Part shown: piece by piece, positions 26,249 to 34,783 of the stretch
Layout of the letters: every line of letters begins with the position of its first letter
Numbering within the stretch: the first letter of the stretch is position 1
Source of the DNA: an uncultured Clostridia bacterium
Lineage (GTDB): Bacteria; Bacillota; Clostridia; Oscillospirales; Ruminococcaceae
Direction of reading: 5' to 3'
Assembly: GCA_945867255.1 (NCBI GenBank)
Contig: CAMBHV010000001.1
Coordinates: 1-34,807 of the forward strand
DNA length: 34,807 nt
The notes under the pieces: generated by a model
Database searches by the model: none
The model's input: the letters and a program-made list of their open reading frames with translations, nothing else
What the model was told of the DNA's origin: nothing
Made by a program: the position numbers and the translations under genes

Positions 26249-27076
26249 TCACTTGTGTTGCGGGCCTAATTTGCCAGCCACACGTTTTTTCTTTTCTTCT
26301 TCTACCCACTGACGGATGCGTTCAAACCCTTCCGCATAGCGTGTGCTATGCATGTGCGGGAACGCTTTCATCAGTCGAATCGCTACCCGGCGACGTTTAT
26401 CCATCAGCTCGGCACGGGCAATGTCAAGCCTTGCAGCGGCCGCTGGTTTGGCGTCGGTAACCTTTCTGTCCACCGCCAGTGCGGTATCCCCAATATTCTC
26501 TGCCAACATATCGGAACCCGCGCGCATAGCACGCACGATATCATCAATACGGCCAATATCCTGGTTCATATGAGCAATCCCCAACACCGTGATCACAAGG
26601 TCGCACACAAACAGAATCACAACGGGCACCGCCAATACCACACCCGCTGTATGCGGCACTACCGCTACCAGTGCGGCTATTGCCGGATGTATAAGCTTCA
26701 CTACTAATGTGGCGCCCACACCCCAAATCAGGCTAAAGCGAAGGCAAATATACCCACCCAGGTTAAAGCGCATGTTGGAATAATCCCACCAAGAGGTATG
26801 AAACAGCTTTTTTAGTGCCCAGCCTGTTGCCAGTTCCAGTGTGCTGGTAAGTACTACCGCGCCCACATACAACCCTGCCAGATGATGGCGCAGAGGCCAC
26901 AGGAAAACCAACACCGCCACCATTCCAAAGCCATAAATAGGGCACACAGGCCCATTTAGAAAGCCTCTGTTTACAAAGCCGCCGGTCTTGATGGAGCAAA
27001 AACACACTTCTGTTACCCATCCCAAAAGGGAATAGAGCACGAAATACCAGAAAATCTCATACAGGCTAAATTCCAT
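26249..27076 (-). CDS. Putative ABC-transporter permease-like membrane protein (CmpB/DUF1113-like) with C-terminal coiled region
   Basis: YSLLGW..E, NRGFL.GP.CPIYG.G, WWDYS...FNL.GYICL.FS..WG; GGAG RBS before ATG 27076. Confidence 0.8.
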   Translation of the reverse strand: MEFSLYEIFWYFVLYSLLGWVTEVCFCSIKTGGFVNRGFLNGPVCPIYGFGMVAVLVFLWPLRHHLAGLYVGAVVLTSTLELATGWALKKLFHTSWWDYSNMRFNLGGYICLRFSLIWGVGATLVVKLIHPAIAALVAVVPHTAGVVLAVPVVILFVCDLVITVLGIAHMNQDIGRIDDIVRAMRAGSDMLAENIGDTALAVDRKVTDAKPAAAARLDIARAELMDKRRRVAIRLMKAFPHMHSTRYAEGFERIRQWVEEEKKKRVAGKLGPQHK

Positions 27077-27080
27077 ACAC

Positions 27081-27518
27081 TTACTCCACGCCAGAAAGTT
27101 TTGTGCCGCAGGCAGGGCAGAACGCATCTGCCGCTGCGCAGTGATGCCCACAGCGCGGACAAATCGTTTCTTGCCGTTCTTCCCGCAACTTTTGAGAAAG
27201 CATATCGATGCGCTGCTGCGCCTGTTCTGCTTTCACCAGGAGAGAGTCTATCATCTGTTGGGGCGTTTTTTCGCCCTCTTCCGTAGTGATATGCTCTCCG
27301 GCAGCTCCCATATGCATGGCATACAGCATACGGCCCAGATCCGCATAAATCTCCTCCTGCAGTGCACGGGCCCGGTTTAGCTCACGCAGCGTTTTCACCT
27401 CGTCATACTTTTCCATAGCAGCTTTTCCTGCTGTCTCCATGGCACTGCGTGCCGAATCGGCCGCATTGGCGGCGGTCACAGCAATATCCTGCATTAGTTT
27501 GGTAAGGTTCTTATCCAT
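27081..27518 (-). CDS. Coiled-coil protein with C-terminal zinc ribbon
   Basis: Helical N-terminus; CPRCG...FCPACG at the C-terminus; AAGGAAG RBS before ATG 27518. Confidence 0.78.
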   Translation of the reverse strand: MDKNLTKLMQDIAVTAANAADSARSAMETAGKAAMEKYDEVKTLRELNRARALQEEIYADLGRMLYAMHMGAAGEHITTEEGEKTPQQMIDSLLVKAEQAQQRIDMLSQKLREERQETICPRCGHHCAAADAFCPACGTKLSGVE

Positions 27519-27712
27519 ATTTGGCACTTCCTTTCTGTGCACGAAAAATTCCCAGTGCGCCCTGCCGGCATACTGCGAAACACCTATTGGGCAATAGCCC
27601 GCTGATAAACTCCGAATAGTTTATTTTACCGCACCTGATGCAACTTCGTCAACTGCCGCCGCCCTATTCCCGTTCGCAAACCAACCGCAATATCCGCCCT
27701 TTTGCATACGCC

Positions 27713-27740
27713 TTGCTGTATCAATGTGGTATGGTATAAT
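27713..27740 (+). promoter_or_regulatory. Sigma-A promoter of dinB
   Basis: TTGCTG-16bp-TATAAT with TGn extension. Confidence 0.55.
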
Positions 27741-27762
27741 AAAATAGAAGGGGGCGCTTTGC

Positions 27763-29016
27763 ATGGCACAATCACGCGTAATATTCCATTGTGACTGCAA
27801 CAGCTTTTATGCCTCTGTGGAACTTCTTAGCCATCCGGAATTAAAACCTGTACCGGTTGCTGTGTGCGGGGACCCGCAACATCGGCACGGGATCATTCTG
27901 GCAAAAAATGAAGCCGCGAAAAAATTCGGTATTCAAACAGCCGAAACGGTCACCAGTGCCATGCGCAAGTGCCCTCAGCTGACACTTCTGGCACCACACC
28001 ACGAAAAATATCGTGAATATTCCAAACGTATAAATGCCATTTACGCCCGATATACCGAGTTCGTGGAACCTTTCGGGATTGATGAGAGCTGGCTGGATGT
28101 AACGGACTCATGGCACTTGTTTGGCCCTTCGCCCGTGGCAGTGGCACACCGTATCCGCCGCGAGGTAAAAGCGGAAACAGGGCTTACCATTTCGGTAGGC
28201 GTCAGTTTTACCAAAGCTCTTGCCAAGCTTGGTTCCGATTATAAGAAACCAGATGCGGTAACAGAATTCTCCCCTCAGAACTATCGCCAGCTCGTATGGC
28301 CTTTACCTGTAAGCGCACTGTTGTATGTAGGGCAGTCTGCACAGAGTACACTGTCCAGACTTGGCATCTCTACCATCGGCCAGCTGGCTGCAGCCAGCCC
28401 GCAGGCTCTGCAGGACGCACTGGGAAAACTGGGTACGGAACTGCAGGGCTTCGCTCTGGGACAGACTGGCAGCCCCGTTCGCAGCATGTATGAAGTTCGT
28501 GAAATAAAAAGTGTAGGCAACGGCCTTACCTTTCCGAGAGACCTTACCTGCCTGGCCGATGCCCAAGCGGGGCTTGCAGCTCTTTCTGACGAGGTTGCCA
28601 GCCGCTTGCGCGCGCATGAACTGTATGCAGGCGCAGTGCAGATCACAGTGAAGGACTCAAACTTCCATACGATCACACGGCAGGCACAGCTCTCTTCTCC
28701 CACGCACCTCGCACGGGATATTGCACAGCAGGCTGTGGCCCTGTTGAAACAAAACTGGCGCTTTCCCTGCCCCATTCGCATGCTCACCGTCACTGCGCTC
28801 AATGTTTCTCACTGTGCAGCCACTCAGCTTTCCTTATTTGAGCCGGATGCGCAAAGGCGGGATGGGCGACGGGAAAATTTAGAAAAAAGCCTCGATGTCA
28901 TTCGAAAAAAATATGGAAAAAACGCCATTGCCCCTGGTGTTGTGTTGCGTGAAGACATGGGCCTTGGCCATTTGAAAGTAGAACCGCCGCATAAAACGCA
29001 TAAAAAAGGAGAATGA
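27763..29016 (+). CDS. dinB: DNA polymerase IV (Y family)
   Basis: HCDCNSFYASVE, A.N..AKKFGI, EPFGIDES.LD, AKLGSD.KKPD, little-finger domain, QLSLF clamp-binding motif. Confidence 0.94.
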   Translation: MAQSRVIFHCDCNSFYASVELLSHPELKPVPVAVCGDPQHRHGIILAKNEAAKKFGIQTAETVTSAMRKCPQLTLLAPHHEKYREYSKRINAIYARYTEFVEPFGIDESWLDVTDSWHLFGPSPVAVAHRIRREVKAETGLTISVGVSFTKALAKLGSDYKKPDAVTEFSPQNYRQLVWPLPVSALLYVGQSAQSTLSRLGISTIGQLAAASPQALQDALGKLGTELQGFALGQTGSPVRSMYEVREIKSVGNGLTFPRDLTCLADAQAGLAALSDEVASRLRAHELYAGAVQITVKDSNFHTITRQAQLSSPTHLARDIAQQAVALLKQNWRFPCPIRMLTVTALNVSHCAATQLSLFEPDAQRRDGRRENLEKSLDVIRKKYGKNAIAPGVVLREDMGLGHLKVEPPHKTHKKGE

Positions 29017-29021
29017 ATCAC

Positions 29022-29303
29022 ATGGTAACACATATCGTATTCTGGAATTTAAAAGACAGCACACAGAAGGCCGTACAGGGCAGCGAAATGAAACAACGCT
29101 TGGAATCTTTGGTTGGCGTTGTGCCCGGGCTTATCAGCGCAAAAGTGGGCCTTGGATTTCATGGGTTTGATGTGTGCCTTGTGTGCACGCTGGAAAGCCG
29201 TGAAGCTTTGGAAATTTATCAAAATCATCCTGCACATTTGTCGGTCAAAGAATATGTGCACAGTGTGATTGCTCAGCGTGTGTGTTGCGATTTCGAAAGC
29301 TAA
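29022..29303 (+). CDS. Dabb family (stress-responsive A/B barrel) protein
   Basis: MVTHIVFW, L..L.G.VPG, YQNHPAH, CDF; AAGGAG spacing favours ATG 29022 over 29013. Confidence 0.85.
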   Translation: MVTHIVFWNLKDSTQKAVQGSEMKQRLESLVGVVPGLISAKVGLGFHGFDVCLVCTLESREALEIYQNHPAHLSVKEYVHSVIAQRVCCDFES

Positions 29304-29316
29304 ACTTCTCGGTTAT

Positions 29317-29359
29317 AAAATGTGCCATGCGCCCAGAAACCGGTCGCATGGCACATTTT
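29317..29359. terminator. Bidirectional intrinsic terminator
   Basis: AAAATGTGCCATGCG...CGCATGGCACATTTT. Confidence 0.8.
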
Positions 29360-30072
29360 TATTCTGTCTCCTGCTGTATCTTTTTCTTTTTAGGGGCGGC
29401 GTATTCACCGGGTAATTTTCTGGCGATCAGCGCCTTGATAGGAATGCCCATCTCAGTAAACATGGCCTCATGTTCCGTGCGGATATTCCATTCTGGCTCC
29501 TCTGCATGCAAATCTCGTGTCAGCCAGGTGATTTCAAAGCCCATCTCCTGAAAATAGGCCACAGAATCCTCAAACAGGCCTTCATCATCGCATTTAAACC
29601 ACACTTCACCGCCATCCACAAGAAAGTCCCTGTATTGCTCCAGCTGGCGCGAATGCGTCAAGCGATGCTTTTTGTGGCCTTTCTTCCTGTTCCATGGATT
29701 ACAAAAATTGATGTAGATACGGCTTACGCAATCTTGCGCACTCATCATACCCCGAATGCGCTCAATATCATGGGTCAGAATACGAACATTGTCTACTTCT
29801 CTGCCAGCCGCAGCATAAGCACGATCGATGTTTCTTTTTGTGAGAATCAACACCTTCGGAGTGATGTCGATTCCGATATAATTATTTTCCGGATGCGCCG
29901 CCGCCATCTGGGCCAGAAATTTTCCTTTTCCACAGCCCAACTCCAGCATTAAAGGCTGAGCCGGCCGGGCAAATTGTTCTTTCCATTTCCCGCGGCACAG
30001 CATAGGTTCATCCACACAGAACGGGCAGGCCGCCAGCTCTGGTCCTGCATAGGGCTTAAAACGCATACGCAT
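29359..30072 (-). CDS. trmB: tRNA (guanine-N7)-methyltransferase
   Basis: MRMR.KP, LELGCGKG.F, IYINFCNPW, H.KHRLT, FK.D, TEHE. Confidence 0.93.
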   Translation of the reverse strand: MRMRFKPYAGPELAACPFCVDEPMLCRGKWKEQFARPAQPLMLELGCGKGKFLAQMAAAHPENNYIGIDITPKVLILTKRNIDRAYAAAGREVDNVRILTHDIERIRGMMSAQDCVSRIYINFCNPWNRKKGHKKHRLTHSRQLEQYRDFLVDGGEVWFKCDDEGLFEDSVAYFQEMGFEITWLTRDLHAEEPEWNIRTEHEAMFTEMGIPIKALIARKLPGEYAAPKKKKIQQETE

Positions 30073-30075
30073 AAT

Positions 30076-30693
30076 TCAACCATCCTTTTGTAGGGTATTA
30101 CGGGTTCCCGCCCGCTGCACAAGGCCAATCAGCTGGCCGCTCAAAAGCACTGTCAACAGCGAATAACCCAGTTTGGAAAGTGGGATATATGTGGCCGACA
30201 ATGCCAACACGACAAGATCGCTTGCCAGATATGCCCACTGGATATTCCATTTTGTCAGCTTGCAGATGCTCATGGCCAAAGCATCGTCTCCACCCGGTGC
30301 GCCCCCGGCACGAACTGCCAACCCCACCCCCACGCCTACAAAGCAGGCGCCTGCAAGTGCAGCCAGCAACGGATGCTGCGCAAGGTTGGGCCATAAAGGG
30401 GGAAACTGCTCTGCCAAGGCATAAAACACGGAAAAGCCACCACCCGCCACAATAGAACAGGCAATAAAGCTTTTGCCCAATAGCCGCCAGCCCAGTGCAT
30501 AGCATGCCGCATTCATCACAAAACCAGACACGGCCGGAGAAACGCCAAACCAGTGATACAAAAGCAGCGTCATGCCCAGCACGCCGCCTTCCGTGACACC
30601 ACTAAGGGAATGGACATGATACAGGCCAAATGCCAAAATCCCACTACCTAGCAGCGCCATGGCACACTGTTTCGGCCGGATGAGGGAACGCAA
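30076..30693 (-). CDS. YitT family membrane protein (TM region only)
   Basis: GSGILAFG, EGGVLG, GGAPGGDD; AAGGAG RBS before TTG. Confidence 0.82.
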   Translation of the reverse strand: MRSLIRPKQCAMALLGSGILAFGLYHVHSLSGVTEGGVLGMTLLLYHWFGVSPAVSGFVMNAACYALGWRLLGKSFIACSIVAGGGFSVFYALAEQFPPLWPNLAQHPLLAALAGACFVGVGVGLAVRAGGAPGGDDALAMSICKLTKWNIQWAYLASDLVVLALSATYIPLSKLGYSLLTVLLSGQLIGLVQRAGTRNTLQKDG

Positions 30694-30845
30694 ACTAACA
30701 ACTCCTTATTTTCCCGTTTTCGCCCGAAGGCGGCACAGTACTGGTTATTATATCAAAAAACACATTATATGGGAAGTGCAGCAAGCTCAGGACCACCCTG
30801 TTGAAGTTTATATTGCATCATTGTACACCATTCTCTCCATATAAA

Positions 30846-30881
30846 AACGGGCACAGACGCATTCATGCGGCAGTGCCCGTT
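30846..30881 (-). terminator. Terminator of the nrd operon
   Basis: AACGGGCAC...GTGCCCGTT with a U-run on the minus strand. Confidence 0.7.
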
Positions 30882-30901
30882 GTTTCTCTTAACTTTCCTT
30901 C

Positions 30902-31429
30902 TCAGCGCCTTGGCTCGCCTACCCAGCGGGGAGCTGTACACCACACAGCTTTTCCCTCGGAAAGACTTAACGGTACGTTCAGGATGCGCTGATTCTCTGA
31001 GCCGCGGAACAAAAGGTCCAGATTTCTCTGGGCCAGGATGAATGGGCCATCCACCAATACATCCAGAAGGGCAAGCAATTCTTTCTGCTCCGGCGTACCG
31101 GAAACAAGCTGCTCAAACGTATAGCCGGAATAACTTGCCAGCTCATAACCGGCCGCCTTCAGCTTCTTTGCCAAAGGAACAAGCGCACCTGCCTGGCAAA
31201 AGGGCTCGCCACCTGAGAATGTAACCCCTCGGCACAAGGGATTCGCCTTCACCATGGCAAATAACTGTTCTACCGTCATATCCGTACCCGCGCCGAACGC
31301 CCAACTCTCAGGATTATGACATCCCTCGCAATGATGGCAGCACCCCTGTACAAAGATGGCAACGCGGATGCCAGGGCCGTCTACAATGGAATCAGCCATG
31401 ACACCCGCAATATTCACCATTTGCGCCAT
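30902..31429 (-). CDS. nrdG: Anaerobic ribonucleotide reductase activating enzyme (radical SAM)
   Basis: SIVDGPGIR, QGC.HHCEGCHNPESW (CxxxCxxC), TFSGGEP, DVLVDG.F, FRGSENQR. Confidence 0.96.
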   Translation of the reverse strand: MAQMVNIAGVMADSIVDGPGIRVAIFVQGCCHHCEGCHNPESWAFGAGTDMTVEQLFAMVKANPLCRGVTFSGGEPFCQAGALVPLAKKLKAAGYELASYSGYTFEQLVSGTPEQKELLALLDVLVDGPFILAQRNLDLLFRGSENQRILNVPLSLSEGKAVWCTAPRWVGEPRR

Positions 31430-31430
31430 A

Positions 31431-31586
31431 TCAGTGGGTGAGGCCGTGTTTCACACGGTCATGTTCTTCTGCTTTCTTTGCATCGTTCCATTTATCCATT
31501 GTACCAACCAGATAACCGGTGATACGGCGAATGCGCTCAAACTTTACATCTTTTCCGTATTTTGCTTCTACATTGGTCTGAATCAT
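31431..31586 (-). CDS. Stand-alone NrdD glycyl-radical domain peptide (51 aa)
   Basis: MIQTNVEAKYGKDVKFERIRRITGYLVGTMDKWNDAKKAEEHDRVKHGLTH. RxxGYL glycyl-radical motif plus N..K..E..DRVKH tail typical of NrdD C-termini. AAGGAG RBS 8 nt upstream; stop 1 nt before the nrdG ATG. Confidence 0.9.
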   Translation of the reverse strand: MIQTNVEAKYGKDVKFERIRRITGYLVGTMDKWNDAKKAEEHDRVKHGLTH

Positions 31587-31628
31587 CCTGCATGCTCCTT
31601 CCTGAAATCTGTTATAACGCATCTCTCT

Positions 31629-31663
31629 ATTGATATAATATATCAATTTATATCATATTTCAA
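31629..31663 (-). promoter_or_regulatory. Putative internal promoter and palindromic operator for the glycyl-radical peptide and nrdG
   Basis: TTGAAA(31663-31658)-17-TATTAT(31640-31635). Perfect palindrome ATTGATATA-A-TATATCAAT (31629-31647) covers the -10. The spacer is very AT-rich. Confidence 0.55.
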
Positions 31664-31677
31664 TAGGTTTCAAAATT

Positions 31678-33966
31678 TTATTCACATCCGCAAAACGTAG
31701 TGATTTCCGGATAACGCTTGCGCAACTCGTCAATGCGCTCTTTGGAAAGGGCTTCGCCTTCCCGGCGCCCACAACGAGGGCAAACTTCCCCGATTACACC
31801 CACGTAGCCACACACAGGGTCGCGATCTACCGGGTGGTTAATGGAGCCATAACCCACACCTGCGTCATGCATGCAACGTACTACGGATTCAAAAGCTTCC
31901 ACATTGTTAGCGGTGTCACCATCCAGTTCCACATAACTGATATGCCCCGCATTTGTCAGCGCATGATACGGTGCTTCTTTATAAATTTTGTCATAAGCCG
32001 AAATGGGGAACCACACCGGAATGTGGAACGAGTTTGTATAATATTCGCGGTCGGTCACGCCCGGGATAATGCCGTAACGTTTTTTGTCCATGCGGATGAA
32101 CCGGCCACTCAGGCCCTCTGCCGGCGTTGCCAGCAACGTAAAGTTCATATGCATGGCCTGGCTCTTCGCATCGCAGAACTCGCGCATATGGCGCACGATG
32201 GCAAGCCCTTTCTGCTGCATCTCATCGCTTTCGCCATGATGATGCCCATATAGTGCTGTCAACGTTTCTGCCAAACCAATAAAACCAATAGACAGTGTGC
32301 CGTGCTTCAGCACTTCACGCACTTCATCATTGGGCCCCAATTTATCGGAATCCAGCCAAACGCCCTGCCCCATCAGGAACGGATAATTGTAAACCCGTTT
32401 GGACGCCTGAATCTCAAAGCGATCCAAAAGCTGCTGGGCCACCAGCTCCATCATATCGTCCAGCTTTTTATAGAACAGGGCTTCGTCACCATGGCTCTCA
32501 ATGGCAAGACGTGGCATATTGATGGAAGTAAAAGAAAGGTTTCCGCGGGAATAGGCAATCTGGCGTTCGGGGTCGTACACATTGCCCATCACACGCGTAC
32601 GGCAGCCCATGGTAGCAACCTCCGTCTCCGGATGGCCGGGTTTGTAATACTGCAGGTTAAACGGACTGTCCAGGAACACATAGTTCGGGAACAGACGCTT
32701 TGCCGACACCTTGCAGGAAAGTTCAAACAAATCGTAGTTCGGGTCGCCCGGGTTGTAGTTAACGCCCTCTTTGACTTTGAAGATATGAATGGGGAAAATG
32801 GGAGTTTCACCATGGCCCAGGCCTGCATCTTCCGCCAACAGGATATTGCGGATTGCCATGCGGCCCTCGGGGGAGGTATCTGTGCCATAGTTGATGGAAG
32901 AAAAAGGCGTCTGTGCGCCAGCGCGCGAATGCATGGTGTTCAGGTTGTGCACAAAGCCTTCCATCGCCTGATAGGTCTCACGGTCTGTTTTTGCCGTGGC
33001 CCGACGGCGCGCATGTGCCACAAGATGGGCCGCTTTTTCGGCGCTCAGCCGTCCAGTCGCCGCAATGGCGCCGGCCGCCGCTGCGTCAAATGTGGCGGCA
33101 TGTGTTTCCAGGCGCACATCGTCATCCCCTGCGGCCTCTTTGCCCGCTGCAATGGCCTGTTCTACCAGAGCCGTTTCATCGTCTGTGTCCAAAATATCTT
33201 CCAGTGCCTCGCGCAATTTGGCACGGTACTGTTTACGGAACGTTTTGCCAACGCCCTCCGCCATGGCGTAATCGAAGTTCGGCGCGCTTTGACCACCATG
33301 CTGATCGTTCTGGTTGGACTGGATGGCAATGGCGGCCAATGCCGCATAGCTGGCGATACTCTGCGGCTCACGCAGATAACCGTGCCCGGTGGAAAAACCG
33401 CCATGGAACAGTTTCAGCAAATCGATTTGGCAACAAGTAGTGGTAAGGGCATAAAAATCGAAGTCGTGGATATGGATATCGCCTTCTGCATAGGCCTTGG
33501 CCTGTGCAGGCGTAAGGAGATACGCTGCATTATAGGCTTTTGCACCCGCGGTACCAATCTGCAACATGGAGCCCATGGCCGTGTTGCCGTCGATATTGGC
33601 ATTGTCACGCTTCATATCGCTGAGCCGGGCATCCACATTGGTGATTTCATCGATGGATTTCATCAGGCTTGTTTTGGCTTCGCGGATACGCGTACGCTCG
33701 GCACGGTACAGGATATACTGTTTCGCAGCCTCCTCGCATCCAGCGCGCATCAGTTCTTGCTCCACTGTGTCCTGAATCTGTTCAATCTTCGGCGTCTCTT
33801 CCCCGCAAAGCTCTTCCAAGCGCTTTTCTACATTATTTGCTACCCGAGCGGCTACGGAAGCATCTCCCTCGCGGGCGGCCTCCAGCGCTTTCAAAATGGC
33901 GGATGCGATCTTGCTTTCATCGTACAACACCACGCGCCCGTCCCGCTTCATAATGCTTTTGATCAT
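31678..33966 (-). CDS. nrdD: Anaerobic ribonucleoside-triphosphate reductase, large subunit lacking the glycyl-radical loop
   Basis: ATP cone (KRDGR), IHIHDFD, TTTCCQ, QHGGQ, SRAGAQTPFSSIN, ATMGCRT, TPAEGLSGRF, YYTNSFH, DRDPVCG...CPRCG. Ends at ...ITTFCGCE with no RxxGY motif. Confidence 0.95.
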   Translation of the reverse strand: MIKSIMKRDGRVVLYDESKIASAILKALEAAREGDASVAARVANNVEKRLEELCGEETPKIEQIQDTVEQELMRAGCEEAAKQYILYRAERTRIREAKTSLMKSIDEITNVDARLSDMKRDNANIDGNTAMGSMLQIGTAGAKAYNAAYLLTPAQAKAYAEGDIHIHDFDFYALTTTCCQIDLLKLFHGGFSTGHGYLREPQSIASYAALAAIAIQSNQNDQHGGQSAPNFDYAMAEGVGKTFRKQYRAKLREALEDILDTDDETALVEQAIAAGKEAAGDDDVRLETHAATFDAAAAGAIAATGRLSAEKAAHLVAHARRRATAKTDRETYQAMEGFVHNLNTMHSRAGAQTPFSSINYGTDTSPEGRMAIRNILLAEDAGLGHGETPIFPIHIFKVKEGVNYNPGDPNYDLFELSCKVSAKRLFPNYVFLDSPFNLQYYKPGHPETEVATMGCRTRVMGNVYDPERQIAYSRGNLSFTSINMPRLAIESHGDEALFYKKLDDMMELVAQQLLDRFEIQASKRVYNYPFLMGQGVWLDSDKLGPNDEVREVLKHGTLSIGFIGLAETLTALYGHHHGESDEMQQKGLAIVRHMREFCDAKSQAMHMNFTLLATPAEGLSGRFIRMDKKRYGIIPGVTDREYYTNSFHIPVWFPISAYDKIYKEAPYHALTNAGHISYVELDGDTANNVEAFESVVRCMHDAGVGYGSINHPVDRDPVCGYVGVIGEVCPRCGRREGEALSKERIDELRKRYPEITTFCGCE

Positions 33967-34094
33967 CTGAATTTCTCCTCCAGTTCACACGAAGCCGCTC
34001 ACCGCATAAACGGCATGCTGCCAAGGCCTGACCGCCCGGCACGCACGCCGCAAAGAGTTTCGCCGTTCCTCGCAAAATCTTGAATGCGTATACT

Positions 34095-34123
34095 ATATTA
34101 GCACTAGATATTGTGCCGGTCAA
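34095..34123 (-). promoter_or_regulatory. nrdD promoter with NrdR box in the spacer (34101-34116)
   Basis: TTGACC-17-TAATAT with TGn; GCACAATATCTAGTGC matches the acaCwAtATaTwGtgt NrdR consensus. Confidence 0.8.
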
Positions 34124-34234
34124 GCACAAAGGCGACGGGCTTTTTTTGTTTTTTTTATCAGATTTGCCAAGGCCGAACTATTTGTTTATAATAATGAACT
34201 GAGCTCGTCCCCCATCGAAAGGAGGCATGCCCCC

Positions 34235-34783
34235 TTGCAGCCGCTGCGCAGAGAGCCCGCACCAGGCATCGTCTATTTCCTTACATATAAAAAAGTAAAA
34301 AACATCAACCTCCGTATTGGCCCGGACGGCCATACACATGTCAGTGCGCCACGCAGAGTCACCCTTGCGCAGGTAGATGCCTTTGTACTTTCCCGGGCAT
34401 CTTGGATTGATCGGGCAAAACAGCGGGCAGCCAGGCAGCGGGCAGCAGATGCCCTGCCGTGTACCGTAACGCCCGCGCAGGCTTTGGATTTGTTTGAGGC
34501 GGTCAGCGATCAAATCTTTCCTCTTTTTGCCACCATTCTAGGGGGGCGTCGGCCAATTCTGAAAGTTCGCCTGATGAAAACGCGATGGGGCGTGTGTACG
34601 CCGGCCAAACATCAAATCACGCTAAACCTTCGCTTAGCGGAAAGGCCCATGGCAGCGGTAGAGTATGTGATTGTGCATGAATATGCTCATTTTGTGCACT
34701 GTGATCATTCCCCCGCATTTTGGGCGGTAGTAGCGAATATTCTTCCCGATTATCAGACACGGCGAGCACTTCTTCGCTTGTAG
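34235..34783 (+). CDS. YgjP-like (M48/SprT-type HExxH) metal-dependent hydrolase
   Basis: KKVKNINLRI, MKTRWGVC, EYVIVHEYAH, HSPAFW; AGGAGG RBS before TTG. Confidence 0.88.
   Translation: MQPLRREPAPGIVYFLTYKKVKNINLRIGPDGHTHVSAPRRVTLAQVDAFVLSRASWIDRAKQRAARQRAADALPCTVTPAQALDLFEAVSDQIFPLFATILGGRRPILKVRLMKTRWGVCTPAKHQITLNLRLAERPMAAVEYVIVHEYAHFVHCDHSPAFWAVVANILPDYQTRRALLRL

Noticed and set aside
30694-30845. Riboswitch upstream of yitT
   Set aside because: Only a small CGCC-UUCG-GGCG hairpin and a nearby extended -10; no known aptamer core recognised.
31587-31680. Sequencing frameshift, programmed frameshift or readthrough explaining the split nrdD
   Set aside because: Both relevant frames contain stops in the spacer, the small ORF has its own strong RBS, and the spacer is AT-rich, intergenic-like DNA.
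31587-31770. Self-splicing intron or intein in nrdD (as in some phage nrdD genes)
   Set aside because: The interval is too short and shows no group I/II or intein motifs that I can recognise.
32302-34083. 593-aa plus-strand ORF
   Set aside because: Antisense shadow of nrdD caused by codon bias; no recognisable motifs.
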